NCBI GenBank assembly: GCA_052327205.1
Contig: CM126228.1
Location: 11,718,001 to 11,782,000, forward strand
Length of the DNA: 64,000 bases
From: Somniosus microcephalus
Taxonomy: Eukaryota
Direction of reading: 5' to 3'
Both the position numbers and the translations under genes were made by a program. Position 1 is the first letter of the stretch. The number at the start of each line of letters is the position of its first letter. Below the pieces are notes generated by a model that was not told where the DNA came from, searched no databases, and worked only from the letters and a program-made list of their open reading frames with translations. Positions 33,781 through 47,160 of this stretch are shown piece after piece.

Positions 33781-35830
33781 CTACAGAATTTGTTCATCCC
33801 TGTGTGGCATAAAAATAAAACAAAAAAGGTGGCTCAACTGTGGCTAACAAGGGAAATTAGGGATAGCATGAGATCCAAGGAGAGGGCATATAAATTGGCC
33901 AGAAAAAGCAGCAAACCTGAGGATTGGGAGCAGTTTAGGATTCAGCAAAGGAAGACAAAAGGATTAATTAAGAGGAGGAAAATAGAGTATGAGAGTAAGC
34001 TTTCAGGGAACATAAAAACTGACTGTAAAAGCTTCTATAGATATGTGAAGAGAAAAAGATTGGTGAAGTCAAGCATAGGTCCCTTGCAGTCAGAATCAGC
34101 AGAATTTATAATGGGGAACAAAGAAATGGCAGACCAATTAAATACATACTTTGGTTCTGTCTTCACAAAGGAGGACACAAATAACCTCCCAGAGATGTCG
34201 GGGAACATAGGGTCTAATGAGAGGGAAGAACTGAATGAAATCAGTATTTGTAGGGAAATGGTGTTAGGGAAATTGACGGGATTGAAGGCCGATAAATCCC
34301 CAGGGCCTGCTAATCTACATCCTAGTGTACTTAAGGAAGTGGCCCGAGAAATAGTAGATGCATTGCTGGTCATCTTCCAAAATTCTACAGACTCTGGAAC
34401 AGTTCCCATGGATTGGAGGGTAGCTAATTTATGCCACTGTTTAAAAAAGGTGGTAGAGAGAAAACGGGGTAAGCCTGACATCGGTAGTGGGGAAAATGCT
34501 GGAGTCCATTATAAAAGATGTAATAGCAGAGCACTTCGAAAACAGTGACAGGATCGGACAAAGTCAACATGGATTTACAAAAGGTAAATCGTGCTTGACT
34601 AATCTGGAATTTTTTGAGGATGTAACTGGTAGAATAGATAAGGGAGAACCAGTGGATGTGGTGTATTTGGACATTCAGAAGGCTTTCGATAAGGTCCCGC
34701 ATAAGAGATTAGCGTGTAAAATTAAGGCACATGGGATTGGGGGCAAGGTACTGACTTGGATAGAGAACTGGTTGGCAGACAGGAAGCAAAGAGTTGGAAT
34801 AAACGGGTCTTTTTCCAAGTGGCAGGCAGTGACTAGTGGGGTACCGCAGGGATCGGTCCTAGGACCCCAGCTATTCATTCACAATATATATTAATGATCT
34901 AGACGAGGGAACTAGATGTAATATCTCCAAGATTGCAGACGACACAAAGCTGGGTGGGCGTGTGTGCTGTGCGGAGGATGCCGAGAAACTCCAGTATGAT
35001 TTGGACAGGTTGGGTGATTGAGCAGATGCAGTAGAATGTGGATAAATGTGAGGTTATCCACTTTGGTGGCAAAAACAGGAAGGCAGATTATTATCTGAAC
35101 GGCAATAGATTGGGAGAAGGGGAAGTTCAACGAGACCTGGGTGTCCTTGTGCACCAGTCGCTGAAGGTAAGCATGCAGGTGCCGCAGGCAGTTAAGAAGG
35201 CAAATGGTATGTTGGCCTTCGTAGCGAGAGGGTTCGAGTACAGGAACAAAGATGTCTTGCTGCAGTTGTACAGGGCCTTGGTGAGACCACACCTTGAGTA
35301 TTGTGTGCAGTTTTGGTCGCCTTACCTGAGGAAGGATGTTCTTGCCATGGAGGGAGTGCAGCGAAGATTCACCAGGCTGATACCTGGGATGGCAGGAATG
35401 ACGTATGAAGAGAGATTGGGTCGATTGGGCTTATACTCGCTGGAGTTTAGAAGAATGAGGGGATCTCATTGAAACTTATAAAATTCTAACAGGACTAGAC
35501 AGACTAGATGCAGGAAGGATGTTCCCGATGGCGGGGGAGTCCAGAACCAGGGGTCACAGTCTAAGGATAAGGGGTAAGCCATTTAGGACAGAGATGAGGA
35601 ATTTCTTCACCCAGAGAGTGGTGAACCTTTGGAATTCTCTACCACAGGCAGTTGAGGCCAATTCATTAAATATATTCAAGAAGGAGTTATATATATTTCT
35701 TAAGGCTAAAGGGATATGAGGAGAAAGCAGGGACAGGGTACTGAGTTTGGATGATCAGCCATGATCTCATTGAATGGCGGAGCAGGCTCGAGGGGCCGAA
35801 TGGCCTACTCCTGCTCCTATCTTCTATGTT
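33781..35830 (+). mobile_element. 5'-truncated CR1 LINE; ORF2 (RT) disrupted by frameshifts and stops
   Basis: [74 protein letters not shown] and the CR1 tail 'ggcctactcctgctcctatcttctatgt'. Confidence 0.96.
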
Positions 35831-35979
35831 TTTCCTACAACCTCAGAGGCAAGAATGCTGCCAGCTGAGCCATGCTGACCCACTGGCTTCAATTGCTTTT
35901 TGTTAGCTCTTTGTGCAGGAAAAAACAATTCAGCGCTCTCGTCTGTTTCTTGTACTAATTTTACATTTATGCCCCCTTG

Positions 35980-36720
35980 TTACTGATTCAACGACCATTA
36001 GAAATAGTTTTTCAACATGAAATATTTTGACAGGATAAATAATTTAGAACACTTTCTATTTGATCTTCTCCTTGGCCTTCTCTGATCCTGTGAACAGTAT
36101 GGCTCTAGCCTTTTAACTCTCATTGTAACTACATATTCTGCCAGCCCTGATGTCATTCTAGTGAACCTATATTGTATCTTTTCCATGGCTGCAATATCCT
36201 TTCTATAACAGAGCGACCAAATTCTTTAACTTTGATCTAACCAATCTATTGGACAGATTCAACATCACTTCCTTGCTTTGGTATTTCAAAACCCCGAATC
36301 ACATTTGCCTTTTTATGTGGCTTCTTCTACATGCAGTCCGATTTTTAAGATCTGCGTATCTGTACCTCTGGATCTCTCTTCTCCACTCCATTGAGAACCA
36401 TACCATTCAAAATATATTTCCAGCCTCTTTTCTCCAAACTGTACTGCTTCACATTTATTTATGTTGAATTGTATTTTCCACTTATCTGCCCACTGCCCTT
36501 GTGTAGTCTCCTGCATTCTTGCTCACAGTTTGCTGTGTCAAATCACTTGTGTATATGGAGAACAAGATCCTAATGGAGATCCCTGGCCTCACCACTTACT
36601 GTAATGCAAGAAAAATCTATTGATTCCTGTTTTCTGCTTCCTCTCCTTCGCCCTTCCCTTCTGATACCATTAGGTCTTAATTTTTGCAATAAGTCTCTTA
36701 TTTGGAAGTCCGTATGCACC
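35980..36720 (-). mobile_element. Old CR1 fragment
   Basis: Minus strand WADKWKIQFNINKCEAVQFG and MEKIQYRFTRM. Confidence 0.75.
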
Positions 36721-38354
36721 ATATCTACATTCTCTACATCCTTGCTAATTCACGACCATGCGCTGTCTCTGATTTGGTAGACATCGTGGAAAAATAAAAT
36801 ATTTTACAAGCGAGCTTTATCTGCTCAAAAAAACACTTGGAAAAGAACTAACCAAAAGCCTGTTGCTGGTGGTCTTCTGCACAACCCAATTACAATCCAG
36901 CCCTCTATATCTGAATTTTTTTAAAGTGGGTGAATTGAGCAGATTTGTTTCTCCAATTTTCTCCCCTCCTTTTCTCCTGAAGCCACTGACTCTTCCTAAG
37001 TCTTGGTTCCAAAATGCTGACAGTCTTCTGGTACTTTACAAGTATCCATTCTTCATGCAGGAGCCGATATAGTGAATGATGATGGACTGTTCACCCAATT
37101 CTGTCACAAGATACGCACACATGCATTTTACAGAAGGGGTCACAGAGTATCGACATGGAGAGGAAGCCTTACCTGATTTTATTCTCCTTTATGCCTTTTG
37201 TAGCATTGCTGCTGCTGCAGCAGATCAGCTAGCTCACCATAGACTGGCATTTAAAACCAGAACAAGATCTGTATGGGTTGTGCTATTCTGGGTGGTAACT
37301 TTACCTACTGGGACATCGGAGGAGCTGAGTAAAATTTATAAACCATTTAAGTGCTCCGCTTAATTCTGCCTTTCTTAATGGTGAGTTATGACTTACATTG
37401 GGAACAAATTTGACTATAATAGAAGTCAATTAGCAGTCTTTGAACTAGGGTGTTTTTTTTTCTTTTGGCTTTATTTTGCACTTTATACTTTTGTCTTGGC
37501 GTCTTCGCAACTAGAGTAGACCAGCGTTTGGGGGGGGGGGGGGGGGGAAGAGAATTTACAATTACAACGTCCTTTTAAGACCTTTAAATATAATATTGTA
37601 TGTGACCTCACCCCGTGCAGTATATATGGAAAATTGTCCTGAGATGAGACAAGAACATCTGTTTTGCAATTGGTTTTTTTTGTATGTCGGTGTTGATTGA
37701 AGTTAGTTTTGCCTGTGTTGTGGTTAGCATGATTTGTTTCATTCTCTCTGATGCAATTTACCACATACATGTGACGTTGCAACTTTTTGGTTGCCGGCAT
37801 TCACCCTACCAATGCCAGATAATGTTTCTTGGTTTCCAGTCAGTTTCAGCTATGATGATTTGTTAATGTGGAGTCTTAATGCAGTGCTTGTACCTGAAGC
37901 AAGCGAACTGGAACATTGATGGTTGCTGATAGGAATGACCAGCGCATCAGATGTCTCCCATTCAAGCATAATGCTAATTTGTATCATTTTTGCCTTGGTT
38001 TCTCAATCTACAAGGATTGCCTCCAGTGGATCTCTTTGAAGACCTCATCACAAATGCCTACTTAGCATTGGCTGTTCCTCTCACCAGTTGGCACTGCCAG
38101 TCCACATGATGCCATTATGCAATCTGTCCAGGACAATCTTGTGTTAGCTTGTAGTGAGAAGGATGATGGGCCAAGAAAAAGAAGCTGGGCATCTATATAA
38201 CATTAGTGTGGCACTGGTTGAGTTTGTTGGTGTTGGCCTAGCACGCTTCATGACTGACTCCAATCACCTTGGAATGGATTGGCTTCACCTGTTTCCTGAT
38301 GTGGACGTGAATGGGTGATTTTCTCGCACCAACTGGTGCTATCACTCGTAATTA

Positions 38355-38800
38355 TAGAATCACAATGGTTACAGCGCAGAAGGAGGCCATTCAGCCCATC
38401 GAGCCCATGCAGGCTCTCTGCAAGAGCACTTCAGCTAGTCCCACTCCCCCGCCCTTTCCCCGTAGCCTTGCAAATTTTTCCCCTTCAGGTACTTATCCAA
38501 TTCCCTTTTGAAAGCCATGATTGAGTCTGCCTCCACCACCTTTTTAGGCAGTGCATTCCAGATCCTAACCACTTGGTACGTAAAAAAGTTTTTCCTCATG
38601 TCGCCTTTTGGTTCTTCTGCCAATCACCTTAAATCTGTGTCCTCTGGTTCTCGACCCTTCTGCCAAAGGGAACAGTTTCTATCGACTGTCTAGACCACTC
38701 ATGATTTTGAACACCGCTATCAAATCTCCTCTCAACCTTCTCTGCTCTAAGGAGAACAACCCCAGCTTCTCTCGTCTATCCACGCAACTGAAGTCTCTCA
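38355..38800 (-). mobile_element. CR1 3' end
   Basis: Minus strand MRKNFFTYQVVRIWNALPKKVVEADSIMAFKRELDKYLK plus CR1 tail. A similar older copy lies at 40200-40730. Confidence 0.88.
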
Positions 38801-41800
38801 TAGGACAAAATGGAGCTCTCACTGTTTTCTAAATTTCACCCCTCCAAAAAAGTGACTATTTCCAAAGCTTTGTCGATGTGAGTCACGTCAACCCATTATC
38901 TTCTTCTGTTGATTGGCTTTGGCAACGCAACCTCTTGTCTTGGGATAGCATTCCCAGTCTCTAGCATTGCTTGGATGTACCCTCACTTAAGACTCGGACC
39001 CTGTTTCTGTAGCATCTCTTCAATACAGCTCCCACCTCCAGAGTGGGTGAGAGCTGCTCCTACGTGGCAGGAGTCTTGTGACTGGGTGTTTTGATGCTAT
39101 TAGTTGCTCTAGCTGAGTTGACATCAAGTATCCCTACAGCTAGGGCAGCTCAGAGGCTGAACATGACCCCCTGGGATGTCCCTGCAATGACAATCAGATA
39201 ATTGATTTAAATCTCAAAGATCCCTGTACCTCTCCTCTTCAATCCATTTACTTATTTTGTACTCCTTTTTTCCCCTTATTTTTAAATTTATTTTCATCTT
39301 TCCTTTGTTCATTTTATCTACCTTGTGCTAGCTGCTTTCATTTTGCTTGCCTCAGGAAAAAAAAGTCTCATTTTTGGCCTTGTAGCTCTTCATTCTTTCT
39401 CTTTGTCACAGTTCTTTAACCCACAGCCCATCCCCCACCCACTTGAGAAATACTCCGAATTATTTCCCCAAGATGCTGGGAAAGGATAGTGCAGTGCTTG
39501 TAAATGTTGCATTGCAATATTATTAAAGGTCAGAATTGAATAATAGTTAAGTTTCTCGCTTCAAAAGCCTGGTTTAAAGGCGGCATCGCTCTAGACTAGG
39601 AGCAGATTAGCCGGTGAACCATCAAGTTGCTCTGAAACTTGAGACCACCCGATTAGTGAGTGGAAATTTCTCTTGCAGTGGTGTGTTATCAGTTCCATTG
39701 GCGTGGCATTGTTGCATTTCAGTTCAAAACTGTAGCTGTGTACTATTATTACAAATAGCTTGGTTAATTTGGTTTTAATTAGAACCCATTACCTTGTAAT
39801 TATTATTTATAGTATGACTCTGGAACCACAAATATAAATGTACTTTGAGTTATAGTTTGAAAGTGATGCCCTTATTTGAAACATTTTCCTTGGTTTTCAC
39901 TTTAAAACTCCTATAATGTAGTCAGTATTGTCTCACTGTTATGAGGGAATTGACTATTTCTAGTACAGTGGACCCTTGCAATAATACTCGTAACTTGGCA
40001 ATAATCCACTTTCTCCTGTTGTAACTTCAAAGGTTATTAACTTGCAGCCTGAATCTTTAGTTATTTCCTCAAAACAAATTCAGTTCTGAAGTCAATGATC
40101 AAATTACATTACATTAATTACTTTGAGTGTATTCCTTTCCACTGATGTTGCACATTACCGCTATGCATTATCTAAGCGTAGGTCAGCACGATCACATACC
40201 ATAGAATCAGATATATTTACAACACAGAAGGAGGCTATTCATCCCATTGTGTCTGTGTTCGCTCTTCGGTAAAACAATCTAAAACTAATTTCAATACCCT
40301 GCTGTCTCTCCAAAGCCTTGTATCTTTCTCTGCTATTTTATTCAGTTTTTCCTTAAAAGGAACAATGGTCTTTGCCTCAACTACTCCCCGTGGCAAAGCA
40401 TTCCATGTTCCAACAATGCTATGTGTAAAGAAGTTGCTCTCAACCATACATCCTCTCTGTCTTAATTTTAAACTCATGTCCATTCTTCACTGACTCCCCA
40501 AAAAGAGAAGATTGCTTTTATTCATTCTACCAAAGCTCATAATTCTAAAAACCTCTATTAAATCTCCTCTGTCTTCTCGGCTCCAATAGAACTTGTCCCA
40601 TTACCTCAAGTCTGTCCTCGTGACTGTAATTTCCGAACTCTGCTATCCTACAAGCTCTGACTTTAATGCCTTTTCTATAATGAGGCACCCAAATCTCTAT
40701 GCTAATCAGCCTAACCAATGTTTTGTATAAATTGCTATTTTAGTCTTCTTCTCCTTTCCCCTATTGCTTAAAATATGTCACACTTAAGGTCAGTTACTGT
40801 ATCCCATTTCAATGGAAAGTCTTTTTAAGTTTAATTTAGTGTTGGACTGGACTTCAGACAAGTACATTTTGGAGCTATGAAAAGAATAAATGGGAAACGA
40901 AACAAGAAATGAAGAGGAAGTTGATTGAAGACCACAGTATGGGAGGGAGAAGCTCGAGACCATAGAATTTCATAGTACAGGGGAGGCCATTTGACCCATT
41001 CGGCCTGTACCATCTCTCTGAAAGAGCTGCCACTTAATCTTATTTGCTGGTCTTTTCCCCGTGCCCTAAAGTGCAAGACTCGAGTGGCTGAATAAGCAGC
41101 TGAAAAGTAACCTAAGGTCCACATAGAAGCATGTTAAACGATATACAAGGAAACATTAAATGAGTTTAGTTTGGGAATTGTACTGTCAATTGACGGTAAC
41201 TAAAGAGAATGTGAGAAGTGAAGAAAATGGAGTGATTGGTAGTTGGTATCATGCAAAATCCAAAGAGATGCATTAGTTATGTCTGGAGTATTGAAGACCA
41301 GATAGGTTCTCCTTTAAAGGATAAGTTGGTAGAATTATAAGGGATGAAGAAATGGGACTTTTGTTGAATGAATTCTTTATATCAGTCTTCTGATATCAGT
41401 CTGATCAATATTGGTCAACTTTCAGATCCAGACATTTAATAAAAAATCTAAATGTATTTTTAATATGCGTTAGTCATGGAAGAATGACAGCTGAAGCTAC
41501 TATAATCTTGGGGGCTCAAATAATGACAGTTGTTGAGGCAGAATAATCGCTGTTCCTGGGGTAGTCTTGACAATAATAATTAGTCATCCCTATTATGTGT
41601 TGCAAAGACGAGAGAGTAGTCGGCAGCTGTGGTTTAAGTACATTTTCACCCTCTCCAGCAGTCGTCTTATCATCTGTGATCACTTTTAAATGAAAATGGT
41701 TGGTTTAGTAGGAATTGACAAACCTAGTAGCAGGTGGCTTGGCACTCTTGACTACTGTGGCATTCCTCATTTAGGCACGTCAACCTGGCAGTCTTGCTCC

Positions 41801-43453
41801 AACAGTACAGACTTAGGTAATTTACTGCACGGAGACCTTGCTTGTTAAAAATCTGTAGGTCATGTTGAAGATTTTTTTTTAGTTGTAGGAAAGGTCAGAG
41901 GAAGGCATAACGAGCCTCTGAATTACTGTTTTTAAATAAATTAAAGAGAAAAGATGATTGCGCAGATGAAATTATGAAAGGACAATTACATTTCATATGC
42001 CATTTTTAATTTTTTAAGAACTATTTGATTAAGGCACACAGAACCACTGACATGGTGTCTAGTGCATTGGAGCATCAGTGTACAACTCTGCAGAGTACAG
42101 TAATAAGATTGGGTTAATACCCATGATCTTCAACTCCGAGTTCCTGATGCCAGCAGTACTGGTGTGAGGGAGCACAAAGGAGGCCATGTTTCCCCACAAG
42201 AAAGGTGGGATAATCAAGATTGAATGCCCTTGCTAGGGTGTTTTTTCCACATCATTTACCCATGGTTACAGAGTAGCATTGGCAGAGTTCTCCAGAGATT
42301 GTTTCCTATCTCTGCTTTTGTTTGGGGGTGGGGTGGAATAAACTGAAGGGGGAAATCTTTCCTCATCCCCTGCTCTGTCTCCCCCTCCCCCATTCCAAAA
42401 AAGAAGCGCACACGGAAACTGAATACTGCATTTGTTAGGCAAATTTGCCAAACGCAGATAAAATTCACCTCGTTTTGCACCCAGCAATACTCTGGAAAAT
42501 GTACCAATATATCGACACGTGCTATCAGGTAGCAAATTACTGGTGGGTTAAGATGTTGGCAGAGTATATTGGACCTGCAGTAAATCTTGCAATGTAGCAT
42601 CCAATCAGAAGTAACTTATTTCTAAACTGTGCCGTGGTCATTGAGATGCTAACATGTCACTGTAGTAACGCTGTATCTAGCAAATTTACAGCTAACCATG
42701 AATGAATAAGTGAAGAGTTCTGGCTTGTTTGAATTCTATTGCTCAGACATTGGTGAACTGCTCAGCAAGTGAAGCTAAAAAAGATGTTGGAGCTTTGCAA
42801 AAATATAATGTTTATTATTTGTATGATGTATCTTAGACTTTGTAGAGACCAATGGTTTAAGTTGAGATGGAGTTTAGTTCGAATGCTATTTTTCTTTCCA
42901 GAAGTAATTTAGACTGATAATTTTCCTCCTAAATATTCAAACTTGGATAACAGCGCAAAGATAATTGTGGTTTCCATAATGTGTTTAGAACATTATATCA
43001 TAATATTATGGTATGTGATTATTCCACATTTTTCTGGAAATGTGATTATCTTCAACTAAAAAGGGTTTAGCATGCTCAATTCATTGTGTTGCTTTGTCAT
43101 GAATTTAAATACTGTAAAATATATGCCTATTAAGATGAGTGAAATAACGAGGTAAAAAATCCAAAACAATCTGAGATGTGTGTTGACTTCACAATACAAG
43201 GTAAGATGTTCAAATATTTTGAATATTATGAAAATAATTAGTTGACCTGCATAACCCTTTGGATGCATTGATTGAACCTAGCATTGCAATCAGAATAGAA
43301 AATACCTTTTGTCTTGTACTACCAAGTAAATCTAGAACTTGTCCCTCATGCACTGTGGTGTCAGCTAGACATTGCCAGTATAGTTTAAATAAGTGTTCTG
43401 TTCCTGCAATGCCAATATCATATCAACACCAAGATTTTCTCTTTCTTAAAAAG

Positions 43454-43599
43454 AAACCTTTCAACTGAGGACATTCACATGTGGAGACCACCAATATATC
43501 ACCAAGATGGCACCCGCCTTGTCTTTGACTTGTTTGGACATAAAGGAAGTGGACTATCGAGTGCTTTGCCACTTGGCAAATGATAGACTGATGCAATAG
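43454..43599 (+). CDS. CTC1: CTC1 terminal coding exon (146 bp to TAG)
   Basis: ttcttaaaaAG|AA. ETFQLRTFTCGDHQYITKMAPALSLTCLDIKEVDY...MQ* vs human [35 protein letters not shown]. Not present in the ORF track. Confidence 0.9.
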
Positions 43600-43932
43600 A
43601 TGGTTATTGGAGTGCATTAACTGTGCAACCGTAGACCAAGAAATAACCCCTCACTTGAATCAAGAGAATTGACTTTGTGGATGTTTACAAGAGTTGCAAA
43701 CTGTGAAATAATTGATGCACTACCGCCTGTTGAGAATAACACCTTTTTATCAAGTTGATTTAAATTGACTAGTTTTGCTCAATATCCCATTACAAAGCAA
43801 TATTTTAAATTGCCATTTATAATTTTTAAAAATCAAACTCCATTATGATCTCTAATACTTGGAATAATTTAGATTGTTAAAGGTGCTCAGTATCATTCTA
43901 TTTGATCTCGGTATTTGTGTATAATTTTTGAA

Positions 43933-43938
43933 AATAAA
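43933..43938 (+). promoter_or_regulatory. Probable CTC1 polyadenylation signal
   Basis: AATAAA about 335 nt after the stop, followed by a GT/T-rich element (tggttgtgtactttgttcttgtt). A second AATAAA lies at about 44385. Confidence 0.6.
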
Positions 43939-46249
43939 CTTATTTTATTTCAACATTAATTGGTTGTGTACTTTGTTCTTGTTACTTTAAATTACTTTTC
44001 CTCAACATTTTTCACAGATAGGACTTTGGTGCAAAAGAAAGTATAGGGTGTGGAATAGCTAATAATTTATATATGTGCACCTCGGCATCCCAAGGACAAA
44101 CTTGGTGAATGAGAATGAAAGAGTTTATCATCCTTACTTAATGTCACCGTTTTGATGATGCTTGGTCAAAGATGATTTTACAGTGCTCATTGTAGTCAAC
44201 AAATTATTTTTGTTTAATTTTACTGCGCAGCTTGTTTTGCTAACCTGCAGCTTTTTTGGTGACCAGTTCCTATTTTATAGTAACTAGATGTTTTTTTCCA
44301 TGTGGTTGGTAGTAAAACCGTTATAGAGCATTACCTTCTGAGGAAATGGAACTGCAGGAGAGCAGTTCAGGAATACTGCTGTTTCAATAAAGTTCAGTAG
44401 GCCATTAAAGACTGAAGTTAAAATTTGTTGGATTAATCTACCCAAACAACCATAATAGCTCCTGACATCCTGAATTACATGATCTTGATTCTCTCTGTTT
44501 TTGTGTTTGAATGTGACTTGGTCATGGCTATAATCTTCAGTTGTTAATCTTGGACCAATTCATGGTATTGTCTTTCCTGGTAGATCTATGACTTTTGACA
44601 GTATCTATAGGACGTGTCCTAGCAAATGCCGAGTACAAAATGTGAATTAATGCTCATAAAGAAAATAATTTAAAATCCTACCAGTAGAATAGTAAAATAC
44701 CTTGGGTATTCTAGTGGCTATACTGTGTACTTTTCACTTGTGGAATTTTGGGTGTGTATTAATCGAAAGGGAAGAAGATTTGATTCATTTTTCATGTGAA
44801 TTGGCTTGTTGCCTACATATATGTATATATATTGCCTGTAATTGGAGTGAAATGCTTGGGGACTTGTGTTGTACTGTGCTACAGGGTTGCATTTACCCCA
44901 CAGTGATACGTAATGTGGCAATCACCAGCTTCCTGATGAGGGAAGAAATGCGTATTTTAAGAGGAGTGAAACACTTTTTTTACATTCTGGATGAGATGCT
45001 GGACCCTTCAGTGGGGAAACCCTTTCTGTTCAGATACCGATTTAGGAACCCATGAGCAACATTACCCAAAGTCTTCCTTTTTTATCGGATTTGGTTTTTT
45101 CCCTGCCAGTTTGGGGACTATATCGAATCACCACTTAGTGAGGCAGTAAACTGTTTTTGTGTGGCAGTTTGTCGAGACCCATGCATTTGCAGCAATGCTA
45201 CAAAAGTGTAATAAATGCACTTTATTAAATTGTCTAAAACCTGAGGAAAGCATACCATCCATTCAAAGTACTGCCATTCATTGTGGTTGTGGCAGATTTG
45301 AAATTTTAAGGATTACTGGCTTTGAACAAGTAATGTGTTCAGAGGTCACAATGTTAACTGTAATAATATGGAAGTTATATTACACAGATGCTGGCTTACT
45401 CAGGTGCTTGCAATCCCAGTTATAATACAACCGCCAAAAACGGTAACCCTGCTCAAAACTGAACAAATCGTTCACATCGTACCAAATAAAACTTAATGTT
45501 AAAGGGGAATTTTTCGGGAATGGTTTATCACTGATACTGCATTTCAGAACAATGTGGGGGGTAAAATTTTTGGAAAGGTATGTAGCAGAATATTATTGTC
45601 AGGAAAGAGAAGATCGAACCAAATAACTTGTTGACCATTATTACCACAAAAGAAAGACTTGAATTTGTATGGTGCCTTCCACAACCAGGACATCCCAAAA
45701 TGCTTTACAACCAATGAAGTACTTTTTTTGAAGTGTGCTCACTGTTGTAATGTAGGAACATACAACTTGTGCAGGAATTGGTAACCGACCTTGCTGGAAT
45801 ATTGTTCAGCTCTTAAGCCTGGTAGTGAGATGAAAGCAGTCTACGCTGGTTGTTAACATGCCGTGGATTTGAGTGCATTGGCTGAGAATTGTTAAATTAT
45901 ATTTGGTGCAACAGCCTTTGGTCTTTGATCAGAGGTGTGAGTATCTTGCCGTGTCGGTTTGGTGCATGAGTTTACCATTTGGGGTTTTGAATGATTCTCT
46001 GGTCTATAAAGAAAATGTCATAAGGTTTGCTGTTATCTCAAACCAAAGCTAATGCAAAGGACACAATGTATATGATTAGAATTTGTACATGGGAAGAAAA
46101 TGAAAACATTGTGTCTGCCCAATCTTGCCTTCTGGATTTACTTATGCAAATGGTGTTTTTAATATTTTCAAAAACTGCTTTTGTTCTCACTTGCAAACAA
46201 CTTGTTGCCAATTGTAGCTGTGTATAAAACGACTTCACTATCCAAATGA

Positions 46250-47160
46250 TATTCAGTAAAATACTTGTGTCACAAGAATATGTGGTTTCGACTTGTCTTG
46301 CGACAACATGCTACAGTTCTCATGAACAGTTGAGCAAAATCGCCTTGGAAGTTCTCCTCCAATGTTCACCAGTCATCATCTTAATGGGAGGGAGATCAAT
46401 AATTGGTAAAACAGGAAACTTTCAAGATACTGGAAACTGTTGCCCTTTTTGCCTCTTGTTTGTGAAGAATTGTCTAGGCGTGCAATGGCCATCATTTGGA
46501 TGCAGCTGAATGGAAATCTTGATGGCCTGAAGGTTGTTTGCAATATTCAGTTGTCCATATTGGGACCCATGGACTATTATTGCCACTACAATACCATTCC
46601 TGTGAACATCAGGAAATGTTTGTGACGTGCAACGGTAATTCCATGTAACTAATGAATGATCAGTCCTTGATTGGCATCTGCCATTACAAGCCATTTCAAT
46701 GAGCTTCATAATTACAAATGATCTACAAACAAAATTTGATGGTCTTCATTTAGATGTTGAGAAGACCAAGGATGAGCTGATACATTCTTGTTATGCTATC
46801 AACGTGCTATCTAAACTGAAACTTGCCAACATTGAAGAACATTTGAGACGTGCCATCCAAACTGACATCTGCGACAGTGGGTACCTATTTTGAGGCATCC
46901 ATGGAAGCAAATGGATGGCATCCATTTCATCATCTGCTGTTGTCCATTGCTTTTTCTTATCTATGCATTGGTGCCATCAGATTCAGTTCATAGAAGAGTA
47001 AACTTTCTATCACTTAACTAGTTCTGCAAATCCTTCAGGGGTACATCTTCAGCTGGCATGAGAAGAGAAATGGGTCAGCTGCTTTACACGAATCAGACAA
47101 TTTGCACCATGCGAATTGGTGCCAATGTCATTGAGCATGCAATTGCATGAGAAACTTGAT
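46250..47160 (+). mobile_element. Highly decayed non-LTR retrotransposon 3' fragment (Ingi/Vingi-like, tentative)
   Basis: Scattered remnants resembling the 'IP..IRR' and 'REW..L.RIR...C' C-terminal motifs; many stops. Confidence 0.3.

Noticed and set aside
33673-34548. 291-aa ORF as a host gene or active LINE
   Set aside because: It is a chimeric L2/CR1 read-through; the CR1 is 5'-truncated with frameshifts and stops.
42203-42215. AGGTGGGATAATC matching the 5' part of U8 snoRNA (SNORD118 lies near CTC1 in human)
   Set aside because: Similarity stops after 13 nt, no C/D boxes follow, and it lies in a decayed SINE-like segment.
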